From: Planctomycetales bacterium
Lineage (GTDB): Bacteria; 4484-113; JAFGCY01
Assembly (NCBI GenBank): GCA_022646745.1
Contig: CP060262.1
Location: 1,751,149 to 1,815,148, forward strand
Length of the DNA stretch: 64,000 nucleotides
Direction: 5' to 3'
In this document: positions 9,495 through 17,800 of the stretch, piece after piece
Numbering within the stretch: the stretch's first letter is position 1
How the letters are laid out: each line of letters begins with the position of its first letter
Notes under the pieces: generated by a model
Seen by the model: only the letters and a program-made list of their open reading frames with translations
What the model was told of the DNA's origin: nothing
Database searches by the model: none
Made by a program: the position numbers and the translations under genes

Positions 9495-9644
9495 ATGCTT
9501 TACACCATCGCCGTAATCCTGATCGTCCTGTGGCTGCTCGGATTCGTGGGATTCCACGTACTTGGCAACTTCATCCACATCCTGCTGGTGATTGCGATCA
9601 TCATGATCCTCGTGAACATCATCAGCGGCCGCAGGCCACTTTAG
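9495..9644 (+). CDS. lmo0937-family micro-membrane protein (49 aa), copy 2 (tandem duplicate)
   Basis: MLYTIAVILIVLWLLGFVGFHVLGNFIHILLVIAIIMILVNIISGRRPL with RBS GTGAGGAG. Identical to copy 1 except a 6-residue central loop and the last 2 aa. Confidence 0.7.
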   Translation: MLYTIAVILIVLWLLGFVGFHVLGNFIHILLVIAIIMILVNIISGRRPL

Positions 9645-9762
9645 GCAGTGGAATCGGGAACTTTTCCCGGCCTCCCTTCGTCTGTAAACTCGCAGGGGGC
9701 CGTGGGTGGACCCCTGCGAGTTGTCAGACTGCCACGGCACACTGCCGGATTCGGAGGCAAGT

Positions 9763-10083
9763 ATGACCATCAGAGAACAAAGCACCAGCGCCCAGGGCTG
9801 GCAGCGCGAATGGGAAGAGCGGACGGACCACATCGACACCCTTATCATGCGCTATACACGCCGCTGCGGTGAGCTGACATCCGACCGCGTGCAGCGCCTG
9901 ACCGACGAGCTCCGGCTCTGGTTTGACCAGGAAGTGCCCCACATCAACTACGACCCCGACTGGCAGCGCACGAAGTGCGATCCGCATTGCCTGCAGCAGC
10001 TGCTTGCCGGGCGCCTCAGCCACCTGCTGGCGGACAACCGCCTGTATATCTCGGTTGTCGAGGCCCCGGTTGTTGAGGAGTAG
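9763..10083 (+). CDS. Small soluble protein, paralog B (107 aa)
   Basis: RBS GGAGG 5 nt before ATG 9763. The W..W…ID and C-terminal RLSHLLADNRL motifs align with paralogs A and C. Confidence 0.6.
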   Translation: MTIREQSTSAQGWQREWEERTDHIDTLIMRYTRRCGELTSDRVQRLTDELRLWFDQEVPHINYDPDWQRTKCDPHCLQQLLAGRLSHLLADNRLYISVVEAPVVEE

Positions 10084-10130
10084 GCACAGGCTCCGGTTAT
10101 CCGTGCGGACACGCGGATGGGAGGCAAGCC

Positions 10131-10454
10131 ATGAATGTTGATTACCAGACTGAGACGGAGCAGTTCGGGGCCTGGGAGGCCGCCTGGAGCAAGCACTGTC
10201 CGGAGATCGACCGGCGCATCGTCCGCTTCATGGAGGACAGCCCAAGCTTCAGCCCCGAATCGCTGGCTATCCTGACCAGTGAGATCAGTGACTGGCTGGA
10301 TACGCGCCAGATCAACGGGGAAGCCTGGGTGGAGTGGCGCCGGATCAGGCTTGAGCCGGACTGGCTGCGGGCTCGCGTCGAGCAGCGCATTGCGCATCTC
10401 GTGGCGGACGGCAGCCTCAGGCTCAACATCTGGCGCGAGGGCTGGCACTACTAG
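10131..10454 (+). CDS. Small soluble protein, paralog C (107 aa)
   Basis: RBS GGGAGG before the ATG. The C-terminal RARVEQRIAHLVADGSLRL is nearly identical to the paralog A motif. Confidence 0.65.
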   Translation: MNVDYQTETEQFGAWEAAWSKHCPEIDRRIVRFMEDSPSFSPESLAILTSEISDWLDTRQINGEAWVEWRRIRLEPDWLRARVEQRIAHLVADGSLRLNIWREGWHY

Positions 10455-10515
10455 CCCTCTGTCCGCTGGGGTCCGCAGCAGCCGGATTTGAATTCAGCGC
10501 GCATTCTGGGCGATA

Positions 10516-11328
10516 ATGTTTCACGTGCTGAGGTTGAGATGTATCTACACAGGTATGCTGCTGGCGCTGCTGCAGCTTGGTGCTGCGCAGGCCCAGACGC
10601 ATGACCTGAATGAACTGTCCTGCAAGTCCTACCTGATCTTCGACCTGCAGAGTGAACGCATCGTGGCCCAGGGCAACCCGGACCGCAGCCAGCCGATTGC
10701 TTCCATCACGAAGCTGATGACGAGCATCCTGGCGGCCGAACGCCTGCGCTTCGATGGCCGCTACATCCTGACCGCGGAGGAACAGAAGACCTTCCACTGT
10801 GAGACGATGCGTGGGCAGAAGATGCTGGAGATGATGCTGATCCCGAGCAACAACAAGATGTGCAGCGTGGTGGCACGCATCATCAGCGGCTCCGACGACG
10901 CCTTCGTGAAGGAAATGAATGCCAAGGCGCAGCAGCTCGGGATGTACAACACACGTTTCGCGACCCCGAGCGGCCTGCCGCGGGACGGGCAGTACTCCAC
11001 GATGGAGGACGTGCTGCTGATGACCCGCGTGGCGCTGACCTACCCGCGAATCCGTGATGCGATGACCCGTGAAACGGTTGAACTCAACGGCGAGGTCTAC
11101 TCCGGTACCCTGCGCGACCTGTATGGCCGCCATCCGGGACTGATCGGTGGCAAGACCGGCTACACCAATGCGGCCGGGCGCTGCCTGACCCTGTGGTACC
11201 GCAGCGGCGGGCGCGACTACATCGTGATCACCCTGTGCAGCAAGGGCAGCAAGTCTAGCTTCCGCGACGCCGAGATCCTGCTGAGCAACTTCGGCCTGTG
11301 GGACGGCGAGGTCGGTGCCTGGGAATGA
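10516..11328 (+). CDS. D-alanyl-D-alanine carboxypeptidase (S11, low-molecular-weight PBP)
   Basis: Signal peptide, SxxK (SITKLMT), SxN (SNN) and KTG motifs in the canonical order and spacing. Confidence 0.8.
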   Translation: MFHVLRLRCIYTGMLLALLQLGAAQAQTHDLNELSCKSYLIFDLQSERIVAQGNPDRSQPIASITKLMTSILAAERLRFDGRYILTAEEQKTFHCETMRGQKMLEMMLIPSNNKMCSVVARIISGSDDAFVKEMNAKAQQLGMYNTRFATPSGLPRDGQYSTMEDVLLMTRVALTYPRIRDAMTRETVELNGEVYSGTLRDLYGRHPGLIGGKTGYTNAAGRCLTLWYRSGGRDYIVITLCSKGSKSSFRDAEILLSNFGLWDGEVGAWE

Positions 11329-12419
11329 CGCGCTGCCTGCCGCTCCTGCTGCTGGCGCTGGTGCTCTGTGCATCATGTGAACAGCTGCAGCGCGCGGCGA
11401 ACAAGCCCGGCGGCGTATTCGGGCCATCCGAGAAGGTGCTGCGGGAGTACCATGACTCGCGCTGGCAGGCCGTTGTCAATGCGGTGGCAGAGGGCAGTGA
11501 TGAAGTCGTGCTGCCGGATGAACCGGAAGTGCCGAAGGCACTGGAGAAGCTGAACCTCGAGCAGGGCTACCAGGCGCTGGCTGCCAACCGCACTTCCGAA
11601 GAGCTGAGCTGGCAGGCCCTGATAGAGCAGAGTGACCTCAGCATGCGCTTCTCGGCGGAGGTGCTGGACGTGCTGGAGCGCAATGACGCGGACAGCATCA
11701 GCCAGATCGTGCCGCAGATTGACGACTATGCCTCGCAGCAGGAGACGGCGATGTCCGACTGGCGCGCACTGCGCAGCCAGCTGCGCGGCAGCCTGGACTC
11801 CCTGCAGCAGGACTGGGACAGTGCCTGGCCGGACAACGAGTTCGACTTTGACCTGCTGGCCCAGGTGGAGCGCATCCAGGCGGACCAGCTCGGGCGGCTC
11901 AGCCCGGAACGGATCGCTGCGCTGACACACTACCATGACAACGAATTCTCACGGCTGGCAACGGACTACCTGGAGTATGAACCGGCGGAAGCTGAGGAGA
12001 TCAGCGCCGTGGCGCATGTGCCGGCGGACTGCGAGGGCATCAGTGATGCCACGCGCCGGCTGGAGGCCGCGCTGATCGTGCGCCATGCGCTGGACAGCGC
12101 GATCGTGCGTGACCGCGAGCTGGTGGAGAGCTACGTGCCGGGCGTGCTGGGCAAGGGCCCGATCAGCAATGTGAGCATCCCGGACACGCGCTACGGCAGC
12201 CACCGCGCGCGGCTGGCCGTTGCCAGGCTGGAGCTGTACAGCATGCTCGACGGGCTGGTGACGGATGTGCTGGACGTGATGATCTACGATGTCAACCGGG
12301 AGTGGACGCTGGCCTGGCCGGGCAATGAGCTGGAGAACAACATCTTCGCCTATGCCGGGGTGCAGCAGACGGTGCCGCGGCTGGAGGACCCCTACGAGGC
12401 CCCGGCGTCCAAGCCCTGA
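11325..12419 (+). CDS. Hypothetical lipoprotein (364 aa)
   Basis: MTRCLPLLLLALVLCASC lipobox start. The ATG overlaps the dac stop (ATGA). Acidic soluble domain. Confidence 0.6.
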   Translation: MTRCLPLLLLALVLCASCEQLQRAANKPGGVFGPSEKVLREYHDSRWQAVVNAVAEGSDEVVLPDEPEVPKALEKLNLEQGYQALAANRTSEELSWQALIEQSDLSMRFSAEVLDVLERNDADSISQIVPQIDDYASQQETAMSDWRALRSQLRGSLDSLQQDWDSAWPDNEFDFDLLAQVERIQADQLGRLSPERIAALTHYHDNEFSRLATDYLEYEPAEAEEISAVAHVPADCEGISDATRRLEAALIVRHALDSAIVRDRELVESYVPGVLGKGPISNVSIPDTRYGSHRARLAVARLELYSMLDGLVTDVLDVMIYDVNREWTLAWPGNELENNIFAYAGVQQTVPRLEDPYEAPASKP

Positions 12420-12679
12420 GCTGACAGTCGGTCCAATCCCGCTTAAGCCCCGGTGAACTCCCTGACAACCCACTTGGCCCCGGTGTTTCCATGCCTTAGG
12501 CTCTAGCCGTGGAAGACAAAGCAACAGTTGAGCAGCTGCAGCAGCGCGTCGAGCAGCTGGAGGCGCAGGTGGCGGGCCTGCTGGAATCAAACCGCAATAT
12601 CGTGGATGCCCTGCGCCAGATCGAGAGCTGGATCGTGAATGCCAGCAAGGTGCTGACAGCGCAGATCCAGCAGCAGGGT

Positions 12680-13516
12680 TCAGGCGAGCAGGGACAGTAG
12701 GTAGCGGCCCAGTTCCGCTTCGCCGTTGTCAGGCAGCACATGGCTTGCCAACGCCAGCGCCTGCGGATGGGAATGGCCCATTGCCACCGCCCTGCCGGCT
12801 GCTGCCAGCATCGGCAGGTCGTTGGCATCGTCGCCGACGGCCATGGTCTCACTTATGTCCAGCCCGAGCAGCTGCGCGAATCTCCCCAGCGCCCAGCCCT
12901 TGTTGCCATCGGGATGGAACACCTCCAGTGCGTGGCAGGGCATGCGCGGCCAGAGCACGCATTCGGCGAACACATCGTCGCCAAGCCCGGTTTCAAGGGT
13001 GCGCTTGCCTTCGAGCACGAGCTCCTCAGTGCCGGGCATGCTCAGCTGCAGCACCTGGCGCTCGGGCAGCTCTTCGAGTGATGCAATCGTGCCGCCGCGT
13101 GCGCCATACTCCGAGAAGTAACGTGTCTGCAGCACGGACTCGGCGCGCTTAAGCCAGGCGAAGTCCATCGGGTCCTCGTCATCCCATTCGAAGTAGAGGT
13201 TCAGCGAATGCGGCTCCAGCAGGGAGACGGCCTGCTCGACGAGGCGGTGCTCCAGCGGCTTGCTGGCCAGCCGGGTCCAGTCAGGCAGCTGCCAGAGCTG
13301 GGTGCCGGAGTTGCTGCTGGCGAGGATCGGCAGGCCGATCTGGTCCATGTAGGGTTCGAGGGTGGTGCGCCGCCGGCCGGTGATCACCGCCAGCGCCACG
13401 CCGGCTTCATGCAGCTCACGCAGGGCCCGCAGGTTGATCTCCGGGATGCGGTGGTCATCGACGGGCAGCAGCGTGCGGTCGAGGTCCAGGGCGATCAGCT
13501 TTGGCAGGGTGGGCAC
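12680..13516 (-). CDS. HAD-superfamily hydrolase, Cof-type (HAD-IIB)
   Basis: N-terminal LIALDLDRTLL (DxDxT motif I). Downstream GDDANDLPML motif IV. Confidence 0.8.
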   Translation of the reverse strand: MPTLPKLIALDLDRTLLPVDDHRIPEINLRALRELHEAGVALAVITGRRRTTLEPYMDQIGLPILASSNSGTQLWQLPDWTRLASKPLEHRLVEQAVSLLEPHSLNLYFEWDDEDPMDFAWLKRAESVLQTRYFSEYGARGGTIASLEELPERQVLQLSMPGTEELVLEGKRTLETGLGDDVFAECVLWPRMPCHALEVFHPDGNKGWALGRFAQLLGLDISETMAVGDDANDLPMLAAAGRAVAMGHSHPQALALASHVLPDNGEAELGRYLLSLLA

Positions 13517-13556
13517 GGAGGGATTATCGCAGGTGGGCGTGGAGGAAGTGTGGAGA

Positions 13557-13724
13557 AGAAGGGACCGGGGACCAGGGACCAGGGATCGGGTGGGAATGGT
13601 GATCAGGAATTAGCGGAAATACAAACAATGTACCGGTTATCCGTTTGATGCATAAACCCGATCCCTGCACCCTGAAACCGGATTCTGGTCCCCGGTCCCA
13701 GGTCCCCGGTCCCTGCTATATACT
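13557..13724. repeat. Long imperfect palindrome in divergent promoter region (GGGACCGGGGACCAGGGACCAGGGATCGGG … CCCGATCCCTG … CTGGTCCCCGGTCCCAGGTCCCCGGTCCC)
   Basis: Outer ~30-bp arms (13557-13589 and 13693-13724) plus a perfect 11-bp inner inverted repeat (13581-13591 / 13667-13677). Lies between the divergent HAD hydrolase and ABC exporter genes. TATATACT -10-like box at ~13726. Confidence 0.45.
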
Positions 13725-13797
13725 CAGCCCGTGGCACTTTACAGGTGTTGGGATGAAACTGCCAGTGCGTCCCGCAACGTAACTGTCACTGGAACAT

Positions 13798-15840
13798 ATG
13801 CCAACTGAGCAGAACAAGCCGGCCCCTCCAGCCGCGGAAAGCAGCCAGCAGAAGGCGCAGCGCACCAGCTTGCGCAACTCGCGGCGCTTCATCGCGCGCT
13901 GGATCATCATCTCGAGCGTGGTCTCGCTGCTGCTGGGTGGCCTGCTGCTCGTCTTCAATACAAAGATCAACACGCTGCTGGCGGACTTCGACTCGCTCGG
14001 CAGCATCGAGGGCGGCCCGCTGGCGGTATCCATCTTCATGCTGGCCGGCGGCTGCGGCCTGCTGCTCCTGCTGCCGGTGCTTGGCGGCGAGCGGCGCGAG
14101 TGGGAACGGATCATGCCGCTGATCTTCGAGCAGCGCGGCCACTTCTCGAAGATGCTGATGGGCAGCGCGATCTTCGTCGTGACCGAGATGTCATTGCCGG
14201 CCTTCATCGGCTACATGGTGAATGACATTGTCAACACACAGCGCAGCATGCCCGGGCTCTACATCGCGATCGGCGTGCTGCTGGCGGTGCTGGTGCTGCG
14301 CGCCGTCGGCGGCTACTTCCGCCAGAACCACGCACAGGCGCTGGCCTACAGCATCTCCGCCGACCTGCGCCAGAAGCTGTACTCGCACCTGCAGAAGATG
14401 AACTTCAGCTACTTTGACAAGGCCCGCCAGGGCGACCTGATGTCAACGCTGACGAACGACGTGGAGAAGCTGCAGTTCTTCCTGCTGAACTCCAGCGAGG
14501 ACTTCTTCGTGGCCCCGCTGAAGGTCTACATCGGCATCGCCTGCGTGATCTTCCTCAACTGGAAGCTGGCGGTGGTGATCATCCTGACGATGCCGCTGAT
14601 CTCGATCATGCTGAAGTTCGCCGGCGGGCGGCTCAGGCGCATCAACCGCGAGGCGCAGGACTGGGTGGCTAAACTGACGGCGGAGCTGGCGGAGGGCATC
14701 AACACCATCCGCCTGGCCCAGAGCTTCGGCCTCGAGCGCACCGAGCTGTCACGCTTCCAGCACACCAATGAGGAGACCCGGCGGCACCTGCTCGGGCATG
14801 CCCAGGTCAGCGCGGTGCTGCTGCCGATCGTCGAGGCGATCGGCTTCATCGGCCCGCTGGTGATCATCATCTCGCTGTGCTGGTGGGCGATCAGCGGCGG
14901 GGTGGACCTGAAGGCGGCGGAGATCCTCACACTGGCCGGCTACGGCGCGCTGATTGCCAACCCGCTTGGCAAGGTCAGCCGCCTGATGGTGACCCTGTCC
15001 CAGGGCGAGGCCGCCAGTTCCCGCATCAACGGCATCCTCGACACCGAGGCCGCGATCCACGACCTGCCGGATGCCAAGGAGATCGCCGAGGTGGACGGCC
15101 GGATCGAGTTTGACAACGTGACCCTGCAGTACGGCGCGAAGGATGCCTACGCCCTGCGCGAGGTCAACCTCGTGATCCAGCCCGGCACACTGACGGCATT
15201 CGTCGGCGAAAGCGGCAGCGGCAAGTCCAGCCTCGTGCACCTCGTGCCGCGCTTCTACGAGGTGAGCAGCGGGCGGGTGCTGCTGGACGGGCATGACGTG
15301 CGCGGCCTGAAGCTTGCCAACCTGCGCAGCCACATCGGGCTCGTCAGCCAGGACACGATCCTCGTGCATGGCACGATCGCCGAGAACATCGCCTACGGCA
15401 CGCCGGATGCGGACCATGTGGAGATCCTCGGCGCGGCCCAGAGTGCCAACGCCCACACCTTCATCATGGAGTTCCCGGATGGCTATGACACGGTGGTCGG
15501 CGAGAAGGGCGTGACCCTGTCCGGCGGCCAACGCCAGCGCATCGCGATTGCGCGCGCATTGCTGCGCGACCCGCGCATCCTGCTCTTGGATGAGGCCACG
15601 AGCGCACTCGACAGCGTGAGTGAGGCGATGGTGCAGGATGCGCTCAACAAGCTGATGTTCGGCCGCACCACGCTCCTCGTCGCACACCGCCTGTCAACGG
15701 TGCGCCATGCTGACAATATCGTGGTGCTGAAGGCCGGCCGCATCTTCGAACAGGGCAACCATGAGGCACTGATCGCGAAGGGTGGGGAGTACGCACGGCT
15801 CGTGAAGCTGCAGGGCATGGCGCGGGAAGAGTCCGGATAG
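13798..15840 (+). CDS. ABC transporter, fused permease/ATP-binding (MsbA/ABCB-type exporter)
   Basis: Six-TM domain followed by Walker A GESGSGKSS, signature LSGGQRQRIAIARAL and Walker B ILLLDEATSALD. Extra ~90-aa N-terminal extension. Confidence 0.85.
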   Translation: MPTEQNKPAPPAAESSQQKAQRTSLRNSRRFIARWIIISSVVSLLLGGLLLVFNTKINTLLADFDSLGSIEGGPLAVSIFMLAGGCGLLLLLPVLGGERREWERIMPLIFEQRGHFSKMLMGSAIFVVTEMSLPAFIGYMVNDIVNTQRSMPGLYIAIGVLLAVLVLRAVGGYFRQNHAQALAYSISADLRQKLYSHLQKMNFSYFDKARQGDLMSTLTNDVEKLQFFLLNSSEDFFVAPLKVYIGIACVIFLNWKLAVVIILTMPLISIMLKFAGGRLRRINREAQDWVAKLTAELAEGINTIRLAQSFGLERTELSRFQHTNEETRRHLLGHAQVSAVLLPIVEAIGFIGPLVIIISLCWWAISGGVDLKAAEILTLAGYGALIANPLGKVSRLMVTLSQGEAASSRINGILDTEAAIHDLPDAKEIAEVDGRIEFDNVTLQYGAKDAYALREVNLVIQPGTLTAFVGESGSGKSSLVHLVPRFYEVSSGRVLLDGHDVRGLKLANLRSHIGLVSQDTILVHGTIAENIAYGTPDADHVEILGAAQSANAHTFIMEFPDGYDTVVGEKGVTLSGGQRQRIAIARALLRDPRILLLDEATSALDSVSEAMVQDALNKLMFGRTTLLVAHRLSTVRHADNIVVLKAGRIFEQGNHEALIAKGGEYARLVKLQGMAREESG

Positions 15841-16250
15841 TGGAAGAAGTCTGAATAGTGGAAGAAGTGATTAGTGTTTAGTTCTTAGTAGCGGCGGCGC
15901 CCCCGCCGCTGGGGCAGGTTGGAGTGGGGAGTTTGGAGTTGGGAGGCGCGCAACTTGTTTGCGCGCAATTCGATGGTGAAGCAGTCCGAAGAGGGTAAGA
16001 AGTTGCTAGTGTTTAGTTCTGAGTAGCAGCGGCGCCCCCGCCGCTGAGGGATGTCAGACGAAAGTCTGGCAACAGTTAGCAAAGGGCAGTAGGCAGCGGG
16101 CAGTAGGCAGGATGAGAATGAGAAACAGAATGAGAAGCAGCAGATGCCTATGCTCCCCTACTTCTTTCACTTCCCCCACTATGCAGACTATCCAGACTAC
16201 CGCTGAAGCAGGTAGCTCCGCACATCCCTCATCCCGCATCCCCAGCCAGG
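15841..16250. repeat. Repeat-rich, low-GC intergenic region with two copies of a ~45-bp direct repeat, each carrying a GC hairpin
   Basis: GTGATTAGTGTTTAGTTCTTAGTAGCGGCGGCGCCCCCGCCGCTGG (15868-15913) recurs at 16003-16048. Hairpin AGCGGCGG-CGCC-CCGCCGCT and palindrome GCGCGCAA-CTTG-TTTGCGCGC. Direct repeats GGGCAGTAGGCAG x2 and GAATGAGAA x3. Convergent gene ends on both sides. Confidence 0.5.
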
Positions 16251-16251
16251 C

Positions 16252-16992
16252 TTACAGCCTGGCCTCCCGTTCCTCCCTGTCACGCAGCCGCACATGTTCG
16301 CGCAGCACACCCGTTCCGAGCGTGATCTCCAGCAGGTTGGCAAAGCCCCATTGCCAGAGTGGCGTGGAGAGGATGAGCATGCCCAGCGGTGTGAAGCTGG
16401 CGATGCTCTGCGCATCGTGCAGCAGCAGGTTGAGCGCGGAAAGGATCATCAGCGGGGCAAGGGCGATCGTGCTGATTGCAGTCGCTGCACCTGGCCTGCG
16501 ACGCAGCTCCAGCAGGTAGGGTAGCTGCATCCCCGCGGCCCGGGCCCGGCCGAAGCCCGTTGCCAGGTTGAGGTGGATATGGTCGAGCCGGGCAAGGTAT
16601 CCGCTAGCGTAGTCCTCCACCGGTGGGTAGTTGTCGTCGCTGAGCAGCCGCAGCAGCAGGTCAGAACCGGCAATGCGTCGGCGCAGCTCCACGAGTAGCA
16701 TCCCCAGCCGCAGCAGCTGGAACAGGCCGAAGCAGAATGAGAGGATGAAGCCCGCCATCAGCAGGCGGAAGGGTGGTGTCTGGCTCACGCTGCCAGCCAG
16801 CGGGTAGTCAGCCGCAAGTGAGTACACCACGCGCCAGCCGCAGATAAGGTAGAGCACTACGGGGATGATCACGAGGAACAGCCAGGCGGCAAGCATTGTC
16901 ATTTCCGGTCCCAGCACGCGGCCGGCCGGCAGCACGCGCTCTCCCTGCGGCGGGGTGAACAGGATGCGCTCGAAACTGTGCCGCTCAGGCAT
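16252..16992 (-). CDS. 4-TM membrane protein, member 1 of a tandem paralog triplet (operon-distal)
   Basis: Start MPERHSFERILF… (ATG 16990-16992) overlaps the upstream gene stop by 8 nt. Topology is TM-TM, ~70-aa loop, TM-TM. C-terminus LREHVRLRD. Confidence 0.6.
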   Translation of the reverse strand: MPERHSFERILFTPPQGERVLPAGRVLGPEMTMLAAWLFLVIIPVVLYLICGWRVVYSLAADYPLAGSVSQTPPFRLLMAGFILSFCFGLFQLLRLGMLLVELRRRIAGSDLLLRLLSDDNYPPVEDYASGYLARLDHIHLNLATGFGRARAAGMQLPYLLELRRRPGAATAISTIALAPLMILSALNLLLHDAQSIASFTPLGMLILSTPLWQWGFANLLEITLGTGVLREHVRLRDREEREARL

Positions 16993-17800
16993 CGGTTGTC
17001 TGTCCTGTGTCAGACGGCTGGTCGATGTGCAGTAGGCCGTTGTCAAGCTCGCGCAGGTGCTCACGCAGCAGGGATTGCTGTACAAGCTGGTACATCACCG
17101 GCAGGGCCAGCCAGGTGATGATTACGGCCAGCACAACCTGCGTGACAGCAATGATGAATGTCTCGTTACCGCTGCCGTTGGCCGGCGCATTGGACCGCAG
17201 ATGGCTCAGTGGAACCAGGACTGGAACTGAGAGGCACAACCAGATCAGCAGCAGGTTCACGATCAGGGGAGGCCAGGGGGATTTCCTCAGGCCAATGCAG
17301 TAATCAAGCTGGCGGAAAGCCTCGATGAAGTGGTTCATCATTGTCTCTTTGCGCAATGCCAGCAGTTCGAAGCTGCGCAGCCAGCCCGCCAGCGGGCCAT
17401 CGTGGTACTCCACCCGCCAGCCATGCATCAGCCGGACCGCGATGTCGGACTGCTTCAGCCGGCTGCGCACCCTGTCCAGATGCGCCCGGGCGCGGCTGGT
17501 GAGGAACAGTGTTGCCAGCACCGGGGCCAGTACCGCAAGCACAAGAGCTGCGATGGTGAGGCCGTCCAGCTGCGGGTTGCCCTGGCTCGAGCCCAGCGTT
17601 GCCATCATCATGTCCACTATCAGGGAGATTGCAACAAACAGCAGGCTGATCATTGGCGCAAGCGTCAGGCCCATTGCCATCACCATGTTGATGAAGGCAT
17701 CCGCAGAATCCATCCGGCTCAGGCCGAAGCTCCTGCGGTCCATCTCGCCGAACACCTGCTGCTCCAGGCTGGCCCTGGGAGTGTCGGACACATCAGCCAT
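16985..17800 (-). CDS. 4-TM membrane protein, member 2 of the triplet
   Basis: 271 aa with the same topology. Loop motif KQSDIAVRLMHGW. C-terminus LLREHLRELD. Start overlaps the upstream stop by 8 nt. Confidence 0.65.
   Translation of the reverse strand: MADVSDTPRASLEQQVFGEMDRRSFGLSRMDSADAFINMVMAMGLTLAPMISLLFVAISLIVDMMMATLGSSQGNPQLDGLTIAALVLAVLAPVLATLFLTSRARAHLDRVRSRLKQSDIAVRLMHGWRVEYHDGPLAGWLRSFELLALRKETMMNHFIEAFRQLDYCIGLRKSPWPPLIVNLLLIWLCLSVPVLVPLSHLRSNAPANGSGNETFIIAVTQVVLAVIITWLALPVMYQLVQQSLLREHLRELDNGLLHIDQPSDTGQTTDA

Noticed and set aside
9076-9848. Two long minus-strand ORFs (100 aa and 170 aa) across the lmo0937-like genes
   Set aside because: They are exactly antisense to two tandem, SD-preceded, family-typical 50-aa ORFs. 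Composition (His/Asp/Gln-rich, no start context) argues against coding.
10423-11427. 334-aa minus-strand ORF opposite the D-Ala-D-Ala carboxypeptidase gene
   Set aside because: The + strand gene has all three PBP motifs in order. The minus ORF is a high-GC mirror.
12509-12700. 63-aa coiled-coil-like ORF (GTG start) overlapping the HAD hydrolase 3' end
   Set aside because: No RBS, GTG start, and 21-nt convergent overlap with a well-supported gene. Could be real but evidence is insufficient.
14749-15687. 312-aa minus-strand ORF inside the ABC transporter gene
   Set aside because: Antisense to the Walker A, signature and Walker B region of a canonical ABC ATPase.
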